Positions 1 through 9,724 of a stretch of DNA of 64,000 nt are shown here, in pieces. Under the pieces are notes generated by a model. It was not told where the DNA came from and ran no database searches. It saw only the letters and a list, made by a program, of their open reading frames with translations. Every line of letters starts with the position of its first letter. Positions within the stretch are counted from its first letter, which is position 1. The stretch is from an uncultured Candidatus Saccharibacteria bacterium (GTDB taxonomy: Bacteria > Patescibacteriota > Doudnabacteria > UBA920), in assembly GCA_964372905.1 (NCBI GenBank), contig CAYJQY010000001.1, positions 8,777 to 72,776 of the forward strand, written 5' to 3'. The translations under genes were made by a program, and so were the position numbers.

Positions 1-478
1 GCGATTTGCCGAGCTTGTATTTTTGTGCATAAATTTTGCCGTCGCGGCGGACCAGCGCGGTCAAATCGCTGGACAGCGCGTTAACTACGGATACCCCGAC
101 GCCGTGCAGCCCGCCCGACACTTTGTAGCCCGAAGCTTCGCCCCCGAACTTGCCGCCCGCGTGCAAAACCGTCAAAACCGTTTCCAGCGCCGACTTCTTC
201 GTAGTCTTATGCACATCCACGGGAATGCCGCGGCCGTTATCGTGCACGGTCACTCCCCCATCCTGCTGCAGAATCACCTCAACGCGATTGGCAAAACCGG
301 CCATGGCCTCATCCACGGCATTGTCCACAACCTCCCACACCAAATGATGCAGTCCGGACTCCGAAGTCGAGCCAATGTACATGCCCGGCCGCTTGCGCAC
401 CGGCTCCAAGCCCTCTAGGACCGTGATTTGCTCGGCGGAGTATTGGGATTTCTTTTGCTTAAGGTATTTTTCGGGCAT
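1..478 (-). CDS. gyrB: DNA gyrase subunit B, N-terminal GHKL ATPase part (gene continues beyond window start)
   Basis: Reverse-complement translation from ATG at 476-478 gives [62 protein letters not shown]..., matching the classic GyrB N-terminal motifs ([18 protein letters not shown], LHHLVxEVVDN). The +strand ORF 23..418 is its antisense shadow. Confidence 0.85.
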   Translation of the reverse strand, partial: MPEKYLKQKKSQYSAEQITVLEGLEPVRKRPGMYIGSTSESGLHHLVWEVVDNAVDEAMAGFANRVEVILQQDGGVTVHDNGRGIPVDVHKTTKKSALETVLTVLHAGGKFGGEASGYKVSGGLHGVGVSVVNALSSDLTALVRRDGKIYAQKYKLGKS

Positions 479-929
479 CGATTTTTTCTGCCAATTCAAG
501 CCCTAAATCATATTGACGATTATGAATAATATCAATCTCATCCGTAAGTGCCCTAATCTCATCTCGAATTTTCGTACTGGCTTCACTAAGTTTCCGCCCA
601 ATATCGAGCTCCGGGTGACTAGAACCTAAATTAACCCTGTTTAAATCATCGATCTGTCTATTTAAGCAAAGTATTAAATCTCTAGTAATGTTTTCTAGCT
701 CACTACTTATTCTCAATTCATCCGAAGCGGCATTTTCGTTTAAATGATCTCTTTGGAGCTCACTTGCCCGTGATTTTAAACCGGCAATTACGGACTTAAT
801 CCGATCTTCTTCTTTTTTTAAATCATCAAGAAATCTGGGCTTTCTCCATCCCAGCCAGTCAAATCCCTCCTCTGAAACTGGAGGTCCTAAATCTGGGGGT
901 TTTGGTAATGTATAGTCGCGTTTAGGCAT
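459..929 (-). CDS. hypothetical coiled-coil protein
   Basis: 156 aa ORF, charged and helical ([22 protein letters not shown]...). No recognisable motif. AT-rich relative to neighbours. Confidence 0.4.
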   Translation of the reverse strand: MPKRDYTLPKPPDLGPPVSEEGFDWLGWRKPRFLDDLKKEEDRIKSVIAGLKSRASELQRDHLNENAASDELRISSELENITRDLILCLNRQIDDLNRVNLGSSHPELDIGRKLSEASTKIRDEIRALTDEIDIIHNRQYDLGLELAEKIDARKIP

Positions 930-1040
930 AGGCTTCAGCTAATTCCAGTACGCACTCCTTACTCTAATTTTATCACAATTTGGTTCATAATTCCAGTGAT
1001 TTCTATGTCGGCGAATGTACGATTGTTCACCATATTATTG

Positions 1041-2180
1041 CTAGCGAACCGTGGCCTTGAATTGGCTGGCCGTAAGCTCGTAAAGTTTATCTTGCAGCGG
1101 CTGGATTTCGGCCGTTTCCAGGGTGCGGTCGGTGCTGCGGTAGACAATGCGATAAGTGTAACTAACTTTGTCCGCGCCGAATTTTTCCGCATTTTTGTAT
1201 TTATCTAAGAGCTTAACTGCCTCCACCAAGTCGCCTCCCACATCGCGGATTAAATCAAAATAATTGTTGGGCACGAAATCGTGGTCAACCACAAAAGAAA
1301 TGTCGCGCGTTATCTGCGGATATTTGCTGACCGGCACAAACTTATTTCCCAAATGAAGCTGCTTTTTTACTCGCGGATCCTGCGACCACAGCAATCTAAT
1401 ATCCGGCAGTTCCATGCTCAAAATAGCCCAGCGCTCCAGGCCCGAACCGAATGCCCAGCCCGAGTAGGTATTTGGCTCAAGGCCGAGCTTTTCCAAAACC
1501 ACTGGCTGGACCATGCCGCTGCCCAAAATTTCCAGCCAGCGCCCGTCCTTGTTGATTTCCATCTCTAACGATGGCTCCGTATAGGGGAAGGTATCATGAT
1601 TAAAACGGACTTCAATTTTCGGACCATAAATCGTCTTGGCGATATCAGTGAGCGCACTTTTTAGATCTTCCAGGGTCAGCGCCGAGTCCTGATTTGAACG
1701 CAAGTACAGCCCATCAAACTGGTGGAAGATATTCATGTGATGACGATCAATCTCATCTTTGCGGTAAACTTTCCCCCAGCTAAAGACGGGCAGAGGCAAA
1801 TTTTGTTTAATTTTTTTTTGAATGGCCGGATGTTTGAAATAGTAGTACCACATAACAGTAGTATGCGTGCGCAAAATATTATTATCATCAACATAATAAG
1901 TATCGGACCTGCTGCGCGCGGGATGGTCAGGCGGGAAATTGAATAAATCGAAACTCAAGCTCGCTGACACGATTTCCGGGGCTTGAATAGTGTCAAAATC
2001 CTTGAATTGAGGGATGGACAAAATGCGCTCTACCATTTCCTGCAGCGGACTTCCCGGCGTGCGGGACAAATCGGGCATGTTTAAATAGCGTTTGATGCGT
2101 TCGCCTTCGGCGTCATGCCTGCTCTCTAGCTGTTTGCGCAACTGTTTTTCTTCGTCTGATTTGATAATAATATTTTCCAT
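1041..2180 (-). CDS. pheS: phenylalanyl-tRNA synthetase, monomeric mitochondrial-like form: class II PheS catalytic core fused to C-terminal FDX-ACB anticodon-binding domain
   Basis: PheS signature motifs FPPDHPARSRSDTYY, LRTHTT and GLERWAILSMELPDIRLL are present. The C-terminal ~95 aa (ITRDISFVVDHDFVPNNYFDLIRDVGGDLVEAVKLLDKY...YRIVYRSTDRTL) closely resembles the FDX-ACB domain of human FARS2 / bacterial PheT C-terminus. The N-terminal coiled-coil of bacterial PheS is absent. Confidence 0.85.
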   Translation of the reverse strand: MENIIIKSDEEKQLRKQLESRHDAEGERIKRYLNMPDLSRTPGSPLQEMVERILSIPQFKDFDTIQAPEIVSASLSFDLFNFPPDHPARSRSDTYYVDDNNILRTHTTVMWYYYFKHPAIQKKIKQNLPLPVFSWGKVYRKDEIDRHHMNIFHQFDGLYLRSNQDSALTLEDLKSALTDIAKTIYGPKIEVRFNHDTFPYTEPSLEMEINKDGRWLEILGSGMVQPVVLEKLGLEPNTYSGWAFGSGLERWAILSMELPDIRLLWSQDPRVKKQLHLGNKFVPVSKYPQITRDISFVVDHDFVPNNYFDLIRDVGGDLVEAVKLLDKYKNAEKFGADKVSYTYRIVYRSTDRTLETAEIQPLQDKLYELTASQFKATVR

Positions 2181-2200
2181 GTAAGGTTTTCGAGAATTGG

Positions 2201-2563
2201 CTAGTATAAAATTTTACCAGGAGCTTCGGTCTTAGGCAAGACCATAATTCCCTCTCCCGGCTCATCGCTTAAGCCTAATTCAAAGCCCGCGCAAATCATA
2301 CCATTGCTTTCCACACCCCGAATTTTGGCTTTGTCCAAAGTAAAACTTTCGTGTTCCGGAGTGTGAATATTGTGTTTGATTTCCGCTCCGGGCAAAGCCA
2401 GCGCCACCATAGCGCCTACCTCAAAATTAAACGCGCCGCAAACCACGGGACCAAATTCCTGGCCATCGGTAGCGGCGCTTCCCACATCCAAATAAACTAC
2501 GCGGAGGCGGTCGGCATTAGGGTGTGGTTCAATTCTTAAAACCTTGGCGGCTATAATGCTCAT
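2201..2563 (-). CDS. standalone tRNA-binding (Myf/EMAP-fold) domain protein, CsaA/Trbp111/PheT-B1-like
   Basis: 120 aa with the tRNA_bind pattern (AKVLRIEPHPNADRLRVVYLDVG...VVCGAFNFEVGAMVALALPGAEI...KIRGVESNGMICAGFELGL...GIMVLP). Confidence 0.7.
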   Translation of the reverse strand: MSIIAAKVLRIEPHPNADRLRVVYLDVGSAATDGQEFGPVVCGAFNFEVGAMVALALPGAEIKHNIHTPEHESFTLDKAKIRGVESNGMICAGFELGLSDEPGEGIMVLPKTEAPGKILY

Positions 2564-2577
2564 CTATACATTGATTG

Positions 2578-2658
2578 CCGACCCGTATTGCCCAGCAAGT
2601 AGCATTTGCTACCTGCCGACATGTGAGCAACTCTGCTGCTTGCGGGCACCGGCGAGGC
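2578..2658 (-). repeat. intergenic hairpin repeat element, copy A (orientation opposite to copies C-F)
   Basis: Reverse complement reads gcctcgccggtgcccgcaagcagcagagttgctcacatgtcggcaggtagcaaatgctacttgctgggcaa..., alignable with copies at 38796, 41503, 56108 and 61367. Lies between two minus-strand genes. Confidence 0.8.
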
Positions 2659-2666
2659 CATTAAAT

Positions 2667-4169
2667 TTAGTAATTCTGGCACAGCTCCTGGGTGCATTGG
2701 TATCCGGTCTGGCCCGGCGGCGGATTTTCCAGAATGGTCTTAAGTGCAAAAGAGTCAAATTGATCGGAGACCGTGTAAACATAATCCTTGCCGGTAATCG
2801 GATCTGTGGGAATGCTGCTCAAATACGCCGGCGACAACTCGGTCTTATAGTTTTCCACGGGCGGAAACACATAATTTATGGTGGCGTTAACCGGCCGATG
2901 GGCCTCGGAATAAATCAGCAAGGCCGACTTTATGCTTTCAAGATCACGCACCCGCTGGTCATCATTCAAATTAGCCGTTTCCCGCGAAGCGCTTTTCTCG
3001 GCATCAGGCGCGGTAAATTTAATAAGCTGGTTCTGGCTTTCGCTGTAATAAGTAATAGTAAAGTCGAGCGCGGTCTGCGATACTAAATAGCCGTAGACTA
3101 GAGGCGAGAGGTTGACCGGATCGACGGGATTGGTGGCCACGGTCAGGTAGGGCCTTATTTCATTGACCATACTTAAAAAGTCCGGTGATTTGGGAAAAGT
3201 GGGGCGCTCTTTTTTATATTTGATGAGCGCCGCGCCGACTTTGCGGATGGTAGTGAGCCGTTGGGTGTCGCGGTCGAGTACGGCCTGGGGCGAGCGGTCA
3301 AAAGACGAGGGCAGATTTATGCTCGTTCCCCCGGGCGCTCCGCCGCCTTCCACAAAATCGTAGCGGATCAAATTATTCTCCCCAAGCGTGCCAATAGTGG
3401 GTTGGCGCAGCCCAGATTGCTTGACTTTTAATTTAACCTGGGCCAACCGCTCATCAGAATATTTGGTGTTATTGCTGGGATCATAGCCGCCGGCGGCATT
3501 GTCCGCATCGTCGTAGTCCGGATTGCCTGCCGTTCGTTGGTTTAAGGGACTGCCGCCAAAGACGTGGACCTCATCGCCGTCAGCCAGACCATCGCCGTCA
3601 CTGTCAGGATTATTGGGGTCGGTACCATAAGTATATTCCTCAATGTTGGTGAGGCCGTCCTGGTCAGGATCAGCCGCATCGCCGCAGGCGGCCACGTTCT
3701 GACAGGTTTCATTATTGAAAAAGCGGAGCTGCCAATCTGACGGCGTGGTAACGCCCTCAATTTGGGTTGTCGGCGGGGGGGCTTCCTCAACCGGCGGGGT
3801 TTCAGCGGGAGCGGCGGGTTCGTTAACAGGTTCAGTTTGGGTACGGCCGCGGTACAGCATGTACCCGACTACGCCCAGCACAATTAATACTATTACCGCG
3901 ATGCCGGCAATAATGGCTCGCCGCGGCAACGCAGACCTAGCCGCGGCCATAGACGCATCAGCATCTGATAGTTCAAAATTTGGCTCCGCACTGACCTGGG
4001 TTGGGCCTGCGCCTCCGTCTGCGGCGCCGGAAGCGTCAGAGCTGCTTACCAGCGGCCCGGTTGCCCGCTGTTTGGGCAGAAAATTATAGAAAATGTTTTG
4101 GGGCTCGCCCCCGGCCGACGCAGGCGATATAGAACCCGATGGTAACGCAGAAGCCGAATTTTCATCCAT
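2667..4169 (-). CDS. membrane-anchored protein with thrombospondin-type-3-like calcium-binding repeats
   Basis: Single predicted TM helix (IIAGIAVIVLIVLGVVGYMLY). Pro-rich linker. DxDxDG repeats (DPDQDGLTNIEEY, DSDGDGLADGDE). The C-terminal region has a faint pilin-like flavour. Function unknown. Confidence 0.5.
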   Translation of the reverse strand: MDENSASALPSGSISPASAGGEPQNIFYNFLPKQRATGPLVSSSDASGAADGGAGPTQVSAEPNFELSDADASMAAARSALPRRAIIAGIAVIVLIVLGVVGYMLYRGRTQTEPVNEPAAPAETPPVEEAPPPTTQIEGVTTPSDWQLRFFNNETCQNVAACGDAADPDQDGLTNIEEYTYGTDPNNPDSDGDGLADGDEVHVFGGSPLNQRTAGNPDYDDADNAAGGYDPSNNTKYSDERLAQVKLKVKQSGLRQPTIGTLGENNLIRYDFVEGGGAPGGTSINLPSSFDRSPQAVLDRDTQRLTTIRKVGAALIKYKKERPTFPKSPDFLSMVNEIRPYLTVATNPVDPVNLSPLVYGYLVSQTALDFTITYYSESQNQLIKFTAPDAEKSASRETANLNDDQRVRDLESIKSALLIYSEAHRPVNATINYVFPPVENYKTELSPAYLSSIPTDPITGKDYVYTVSDQFDSFALKTILENPPPGQTGYQCTQELCQNY

Positions 4170-4203
4170 AAATTATTTCTTGATTTTTATTATAGGATTT
4201 TTA

Positions 4204-4572
4204 TTACAGGTTAAGGAAAATTTCAGTGGTGATTAAAAACAATATAAGCAAGACCTCAACCCACCAAAATAGCAACCCCGCAGCACTCAACCCCAACGAC
4301 GCAGTCACAAAAATGGCTAAGAACAGAGCTTGGCGAAAACTGGCGGCGAGGTGGAGCACGTAGAGCCCGGGCCGCAGTCGCTGGCGCACCGTAATTCCGA
4401 TTAAACTAAAAAGCCCGAGCGTAAACAAAAATGTGCTTAAATAAAACAGTAAATGTGTGATCCAGCCGGCGCTGTCCGGGTTTGTAAAGCTAATAATCGA
4501 TCCCAGGGAAAATCCCGAAAGAATCGTGCCCGCGCCAATCAGCCAAAGATGGGTTTTAACCGTTTCCGGCAT
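4204..4572 (-). CDS. small hydrophobic membrane protein (hypothetical)
   Basis: 122 aa, 3-4 predicted TM helices, no motif. Confidence 0.4.
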   Translation of the reverse strand: MPETVKTHLWLIGAGTILSGFSLGSIISFTNPDSAGWITHLLFYLSTFLFTLGLFSLIGITVRQRLRPGLYVLHLAASFRQALFLAIFVTASLGLSAAGLLFWWVEVLLILFLITTEIFLNL

Positions 4573-4599
4573 TTAGAGTTTTGAACTCAATAAATTATA

Positions 4600-7524
4600 T
4601 CACATTATGAGATAATTTGCCATTTGGCACGCGTGCTGTTTGGCTTTGGTATGGCGCTCGGCGAATAAATCGTACTTAATGGTGTGGCGTATGTCTTCAA
4701 TCCTTTCGAGTATGGCTTGCTTTAGTTTTCCGATTTGCCCGTTTGTTGCCGGCTGTTTTATGCTTCTTTGGTTATCCTGCAGGTACCAATATTGGAGTTC
4801 CTTGACGGTTTCGTGGAGATAATTTTGTGCAGCCCATTGGTAAACTTCAAGCTGGTCAAGCGAAGTGCGAACTTTGGATTTTGTTGAGCTGGAAGTTTTG
4901 TAATCGATAAGCACTGCCTCCCCATCTGTTTCATCAATGCGATCAATCTTGCCGGTAAATTTGTAGTCGCCGAGCGGCAGAACAAATTTCTGCTCTATGA
5001 ATTTTATGTTGGGTTTATTGCCTTCAAAATCAGCATAGACCAATTTCAGCATTTCCTGACCCAGCTTTTTATACCCCTGCTGTTCTTTTTTAGAATGATA
5101 CCAGTCATCGATCCAGTACTGCTGGTAAAATTGTTCCATCATTTTATATTCAGGAAGAGTTGAGGCGGCCTTGGCGCCAAACAGGGCTTGCTGCGGGGCT
5201 TGCGCATTATTTTTGTAGAGCAGGGCAAATTGCTGCAGGACTTTGTGGATGGTTTTGCCAAAACTCAAGGCCGGCGTTCCCGGCATAGGCAGATGCAGGT
5301 AGTAACGAAATTTATAATCGAGCGGGCAGGTTTCAAAAGCGGCCAGCTCGGTAAAAGAATAGGTGGTTGGTAAATTTTGATAAACTATTTGTTTTGATGA
5401 TCCCGCCGGCCGGGTAAATACGACTTTGCCGGTTGCCGTGGCCACCTTCTCGCTGGGCACAAGGTTGGTTTCCACTAAAAACTGGGAAGGTTTTTTAGCT
5501 TTGCCGCCGCCGTAGTCGCGCGCCCAGGATAAATATAGATGGGTCTTAGCGCGGGTCAGCGCCACGTAAAACAAGCGCCGCTCTTCTTGAAGATGAAAAT
5601 CGCCGGCCGGCAAAATATCTTTGATGAGCGCTTCAGGGATTTCTATGGGGTCGCGATGGGTGCGCGTAGGAAAGCGCTGGTCCACCAAATTGACGAGAAA
5701 AACAAACTTAAATTCCAGGCCCTTGGCCGAGTGCACGGTCATGAGCTTGAGACTTTCCGGGCCGAGTTCGGGATCAAATTTAATCGGTCCGTCGCTGCCG
5801 GCCTGCATCTCCAGGTCCAGGTTGACCAGAAAATTGCGCAGGGTTTTATCGTCATTTTGCTCTTCGAACGTCTCAATTTTTTTGTAAAATTGCTCCAGGT
5901 ATTCGCGGTTTTCCGCGTTTTGCAAAGTGTCGGGTTCCAGAAGTTCGCGCACGCCCAGGTCCTCTACAACGGTGACGAACAATTCGACCGCGGTTTGCGT
6001 TTTGGCTAGTTCCGCGTGCTTGCTTATTAAACCCAGCAGAAGTTCAGTTCTGATAATTGCGGCTTCGGAAATTCCCGGAACAGTGCGAATACCTATAAGC
6101 GCTTCGTAAAGCGACACTGCTTTCTTATGGGCAAAATCGCTTATGGCCGCCATCTTATTAGGATCAATAGCAAATTTAGGAAAGCTAAACAAGCGATAAA
6201 AAGTAGCCGAGTCGTGGCGGCTAATGAGCAGTTTGCAGTAGCTGATGAGGTCATGAATCAGGCGTTTGCGATAAAGTCCGCGGTTGGCCATAAAGGTCAA
6301 GGTTATTCCCGCAGCTTCCAGGCGCGGGATAATTTCGTTGGCCGCGGCGTTGGCCCGAACCAGAACGGCAAAGTCGTTCCAGTTGCTGTCTTTGTATGCC
6401 TGCTTTAATTCCAGAATTTTCTTGACTACCAGGTCCAGTTCCTCGCTTAAATCGCGGCCTTCAAGAACCTGAATCGCGCCTTTTTCGTTGCTACCGCTTA
6501 CCAAATGTTTATCAATTTTTAATTTGGGCTCAAGCCGGTCCGGGTTGTTGGCCTGGATAAAGTTATAAGCCAGGTCAAGAATGTTTTGCGCGCTGCGATA
6601 ATTTTTGACCAAAGTAATTTCTTTTACGCCGGAAAATTCGTCCTTAAATTTTAAGATGTTGGAAACCGAAGCCCCGCGGAATTTATAAATAGATTGGTCA
6701 TCGTCCCCTACGACCACTACATTTGACGAGTCGGACAGCAGTTTTATCAGTCGGTACTGGGCATAATTTGTGTCCTGGAATTCATCGACCAGGATAAACT
6801 TGAATTTTTTTTGATAATATTTCAGAACATTGGGTCGTTTTTGAAAAAGTTCCAGAGTATAATTGATCAGATCGCCAAAGTCGAGATTGGCGTTGTCCAG
6901 GAGCAATTTGTTATAAGTGTGGTAAGCGTCTGCGATTTCCTTGATCCGCTGGATCTCCATAACTTGCTCCGGATCAGATCCTTTTACTACATCCGGATTA
7001 TCTAACTCTAATTTTATCTGCTCTGCGTAATTGAAATAATCTTCGGGCTTGATAATTTCGTCCTTGCACTTGCTAAAATGATCAAGCAGCGCGTCTATGA
7101 ACCGGTTTGGGTTACCCAGCGGCCGGTAATAGTTTAGATTAAAGTTGTCAAAATTTTTATAAACTAGAATCCATTGCTGGACCCCATCAAGCAGCTGAAA
7201 ATTATTGGGTAGGCCGATATCAAGACCGTGCTGCTCTAAAACGCGCTGACAGAAACTGTGGAAAGTGGAAATCCACAGGTCATAGTTTCCCAGCGGCAGG
7301 AGTTGGTCTACGCGCGACTCCATTTCCTCGGCCGCTTTTTCGGTAAAGGTCAGGGCAAGGATTTCGTCGGGTTTAGCCAGTTTTTGTTCCACCAGGTAGG
7401 CAATCCGGCGGGTTATCACGGTGGTCTTGCCCGTGCCGGCGCCGGCAACAATGAGCAATGCCCCGCCAGTATGGGTTACGGCGGCCTGTTGCTCGGAGTT
7501 AAGATTTTCCAAAAGCGTCGGCAT
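4600..7524 (-). CDS. UvrD/PcrA-family ATP-dependent DNA helicase fused to C-terminal PD-(D/E)xK (RecB/AddB-like) nuclease domain
   Basis: Walker A AGAGTGKTT. Helicase motifs DEFQDT, VGDDDQSIYKFRGA, VKNYRS and TVHSAKGLEF. C-terminal GKIDRIDETDGEAVLIDYKTS (D...D/E-x-K) plus Cys residues (CPLDY). Confidence 0.85.
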   Translation of the reverse strand: MPTLLENLNSEQQAAVTHTGGALLIVAGAGTGKTTVITRRIAYLVEQKLAKPDEILALTFTEKAAEEMESRVDQLLPLGNYDLWISTFHSFCQRVLEQHGLDIGLPNNFQLLDGVQQWILVYKNFDNFNLNYYRPLGNPNRFIDALLDHFSKCKDEIIKPEDYFNYAEQIKLELDNPDVVKGSDPEQVMEIQRIKEIADAYHTYNKLLLDNANLDFGDLINYTLELFQKRPNVLKYYQKKFKFILVDEFQDTNYAQYRLIKLLSDSSNVVVVGDDDQSIYKFRGASVSNILKFKDEFSGVKEITLVKNYRSAQNILDLAYNFIQANNPDRLEPKLKIDKHLVSGSNEKGAIQVLEGRDLSEELDLVVKKILELKQAYKDSNWNDFAVLVRANAAANEIIPRLEAAGITLTFMANRGLYRKRLIHDLISYCKLLISRHDSATFYRLFSFPKFAIDPNKMAAISDFAHKKAVSLYEALIGIRTVPGISEAAIIRTELLLGLISKHAELAKTQTAVELFVTVVEDLGVRELLEPDTLQNAENREYLEQFYKKIETFEEQNDDKTLRNFLVNLDLEMQAGSDGPIKFDPELGPESLKLMTVHSAKGLEFKFVFLVNLVDQRFPTRTHRDPIEIPEALIKDILPAGDFHLQEERRLFYVALTRAKTHLYLSWARDYGGGKAKKPSQFLVETNLVPSEKVATATGKVVFTRPAGSSKQIVYQNLPTTYSFTELAAFETCPLDYKFRYYLHLPMPGTPALSFGKTIHKVLQQFALLYKNNAQAPQQALFGAKAASTLPEYKMMEQFYQQYWIDDWYHSKKEQQGYKKLGQEMLKLVYADFEGNKPNIKFIEQKFVLPLGDYKFTGKIDRIDETDGEAVLIDYKTSSSTKSKVRTSLDQLEVYQWAAQNYLHETVKELQYWYLQDNQRSIKQPATNGQIGKLKQAILERIEDIRHTIKYDLFAERHTKAKQHACQMANYLIM

Positions 7525-7856
7525 ATATATAGATCATTATAGCCCATATCAAAAAAGCCGCCATGTGAAAGCGGTAAATGTATTATTTCGGGCTTGCGCG
7601 CTTGCCGCGCAAGTTCGATTATTGTGCTGTTTTATTTTTCGAAGATAAATTTGGTCGCAGTGGACCAAAGGTAGTTTTTATCGTTTTCGCTGTAACGTAT
7701 CCAAAACGACTTTCATTGAAGTTTATATTGCCCTCATGGGTTATTCTCCCCCATTTGATTTGTAAGTCCAAGGGCAATCATTTCTTTATCGAATAGTTTT
7801 GGACTCTCGACCAAGGCTGTACTAGACATATTTGCTCCTTTTCTATTTTAATGAAA

Positions 7857-8375
7857 TTAATGATTTGATTTTTTAATCGGCATCAGAAATTTGCGCGGGT
7901 TATCGTCCAAATCTATAAAAAAGTCGGTCAGCTCTTTAATTTTGCCGCTGCAGGATTTGCCGAAAGCAATGGTTTCAGTCATCTGCCCGGTCATTTGCAG
8001 GTATTCCAAAAGTGGCACAAAATCGCCGTCGCCGCTGGCCAGCACAACTACATCAAGTTTGTGCATAAGCTTGATAATGTCCATGGCAATGCCCACATCC
8101 CAGTCCCCTTTTTGGTGTCCGCCGGCAAAAGTTTGCAGTTCTTTGCGTTTGACTTCAAAGCCGGCCTTTTCCAGCGCCTCGAAAAAAGTATGCTCTTCGG
8201 GCATATCGGCCTGGACCACATAGGCAATGGCGCGTACGAGTTTGCGGTCGCCCACGGCGGCTTTCAAGATTTCATTAAAATTCACTCGGGCCTGGTACAT
8301 GTTCCGGGCCGAGTAGTAGAGATTTTGCACATCCACGAACAGACCGACGCGCTGGTCAGGGTAGCGGATAGACAT
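7857..8375 (-). CDS. NYN-domain (LabA-like/PIN-like) protein
   Basis: VGLFVDVQNLYYSA...VVVLASGDGDF pattern typical of NYN/LabA (DUF88) nucleases. Confidence 0.7.
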   Translation of the reverse strand: MSIRYPDQRVGLFVDVQNLYYSARNMYQARVNFNEILKAAVGDRKLVRAIAYVVQADMPEEHTFFEALEKAGFEVKRKELQTFAGGHQKGDWDVGIAMDIIKLMHKLDVVVLASGDGDFVPLLEYLQMTGQMTETIAFGKSCSGKIKELTDFFIDLDDNPRKFLMPIKKSNH

Positions 8376-8566
8376 AAATTTATTTAAAAATTAATGGTTT
8401 AAGGCCTGCTGATGATTTGTAAAAACAACTTTGTTCGCTTGCCGTAAATTGCATAAACTTATTTCCAAAACCTGATTCCTTTGAGAATTTATTGAGGCTT
8501 CGGGTGGGGAAAAAATGGGTGCCGGATTTGGTTTTAAATAAGCATTAAAATTATTTTGCAAAAGGT

Positions 8567-9634
8567 CTATGGTATTTCCTCTACTGCCTGCTCGGATTTG
8601 AGCAATTCCCCCGCTTCCAGGGCCTGCGTTTCCGTAACCTTGGCTTCTTCAAGTTGCAAAGTGGCCGCGTTGGCAATGTTGGATTTTAATTTTAGGAAGT
8701 CGTTGCTGACCGCGCCCATGGTGTTGCCCGCGTTTTTTATGTGCGTGGACAGAACTTCCAGGTTTTTGCCGAACTTATCGCTTTCGCGCTTGATGCCGGC
8801 AATCATATCTAAAATCCGTTCGGCCGCCTCGTTAATCTGCTGGCCGCGCAGGGCAATGTGAATTATTTGGAGATGATGATACAGTGTGTTAGGGCTGACA
8901 AAGTAAACTTTTTTTTCGCGGCCGTAGCCCACAATGCCGGTATCGTCTATAACTTCGCTGAACACGCCCTCGCTGGGAATGTACATGAGCGCAAAATCAA
9001 AGGTGCCCTCCTGGGGCAAAATGTACTTTTTGTGAATTTCGTCCACGCGCTTTTTTACATCTTTCAAAAAGGCTCGTTTCAAATTTTCCGCCGCTTCATC
9101 TTCGTTGGCTTCCTTATAGAGCCGGAAGTTCTCCATGGAAAATTTGCTGTCTATGGGCAGGATTTTTTCGCCCACGCGCACAATTACATCCACGGCCTCG
9201 CCGCTCTTGAATTTATGCTGGGTTGCGTAAGCGGATTTGGGCAAAACTTGGGACAGCATTCCTTCCAGCATTTCCTCGCCAAAGTTCCCGCGCAATTTGG
9301 GGCTGGCCAGGGTTTCGCTAAGGCGGCGAATATCCGGGCCAACCTGGGAGACGCTGCCCAATTCCCGGGTTAGGCCGGCAATAATGCGGCTGGCATTGTC
9401 CAGCCGCTCGCCAATGGCCCGGTTGGTATCGCTGATGCTTTTTTCCATGCTCTGGCGCGTGGAGTTGGTATCCTGCTTTATCTCCTTCATCCACTCCATC
9501 ATTACTTTCATCGGTTCGTTGTCGGCTTGCTGGCCAGCTTTTCGCTTCAGGGCCATCAAAAAAAACAGCAGTATCCCAAAACCGGCCACAAGCAAGACAA
9601 TTATTCCTATGAGGGCATTTATCATACATGCCAA
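8567..9634 (-). CDS. rmuC: DNA recombination protein RmuC
   Basis: N-terminal TM helix, coiled-coil, then the RmuC core (GNFGEEMLEGMLSQVLPKSAYATQ...VDVIVRVGEKILPIDSKF). Confidence 0.75.
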   Translation of the reverse strand: MACMINALIGIIVLLVAGFGILLFFLMALKRKAGQQADNEPMKVMMEWMKEIKQDTNSTRQSMEKSISDTNRAIGERLDNASRIIAGLTRELGSVSQVGPDIRRLSETLASPKLRGNFGEEMLEGMLSQVLPKSAYATQHKFKSGEAVDVIVRVGEKILPIDSKFSMENFRLYKEANEDEAAENLKRAFLKDVKKRVDEIHKKYILPQEGTFDFALMYIPSEGVFSEVIDDTGIVGYGREKKVYFVSPNTLYHHLQIIHIALRGQQINEAAERILDMIAGIKRESDKFGKNLEVLSTHIKNAGNTMGAVSNDFLKLKSNIANAATLQLEEAKVTETQALEAGELLKSEQAVEEIP

Positions 9635-9724
9635 TTATAGCAGATAATACAGGGGCAACCAACGAGGCGACGCGAGGCGTGACATTTCTACTTTGCTTTA
9701 GCACGAGGGCACGAGGCGAGTCTA

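Noticed and set aside
23-418. 131-aa +strand ORF at the window start
   Set aside because: It is the antisense shadow of gyrB; the minus-strand frame gives an unmistakable GyrB N-terminus.
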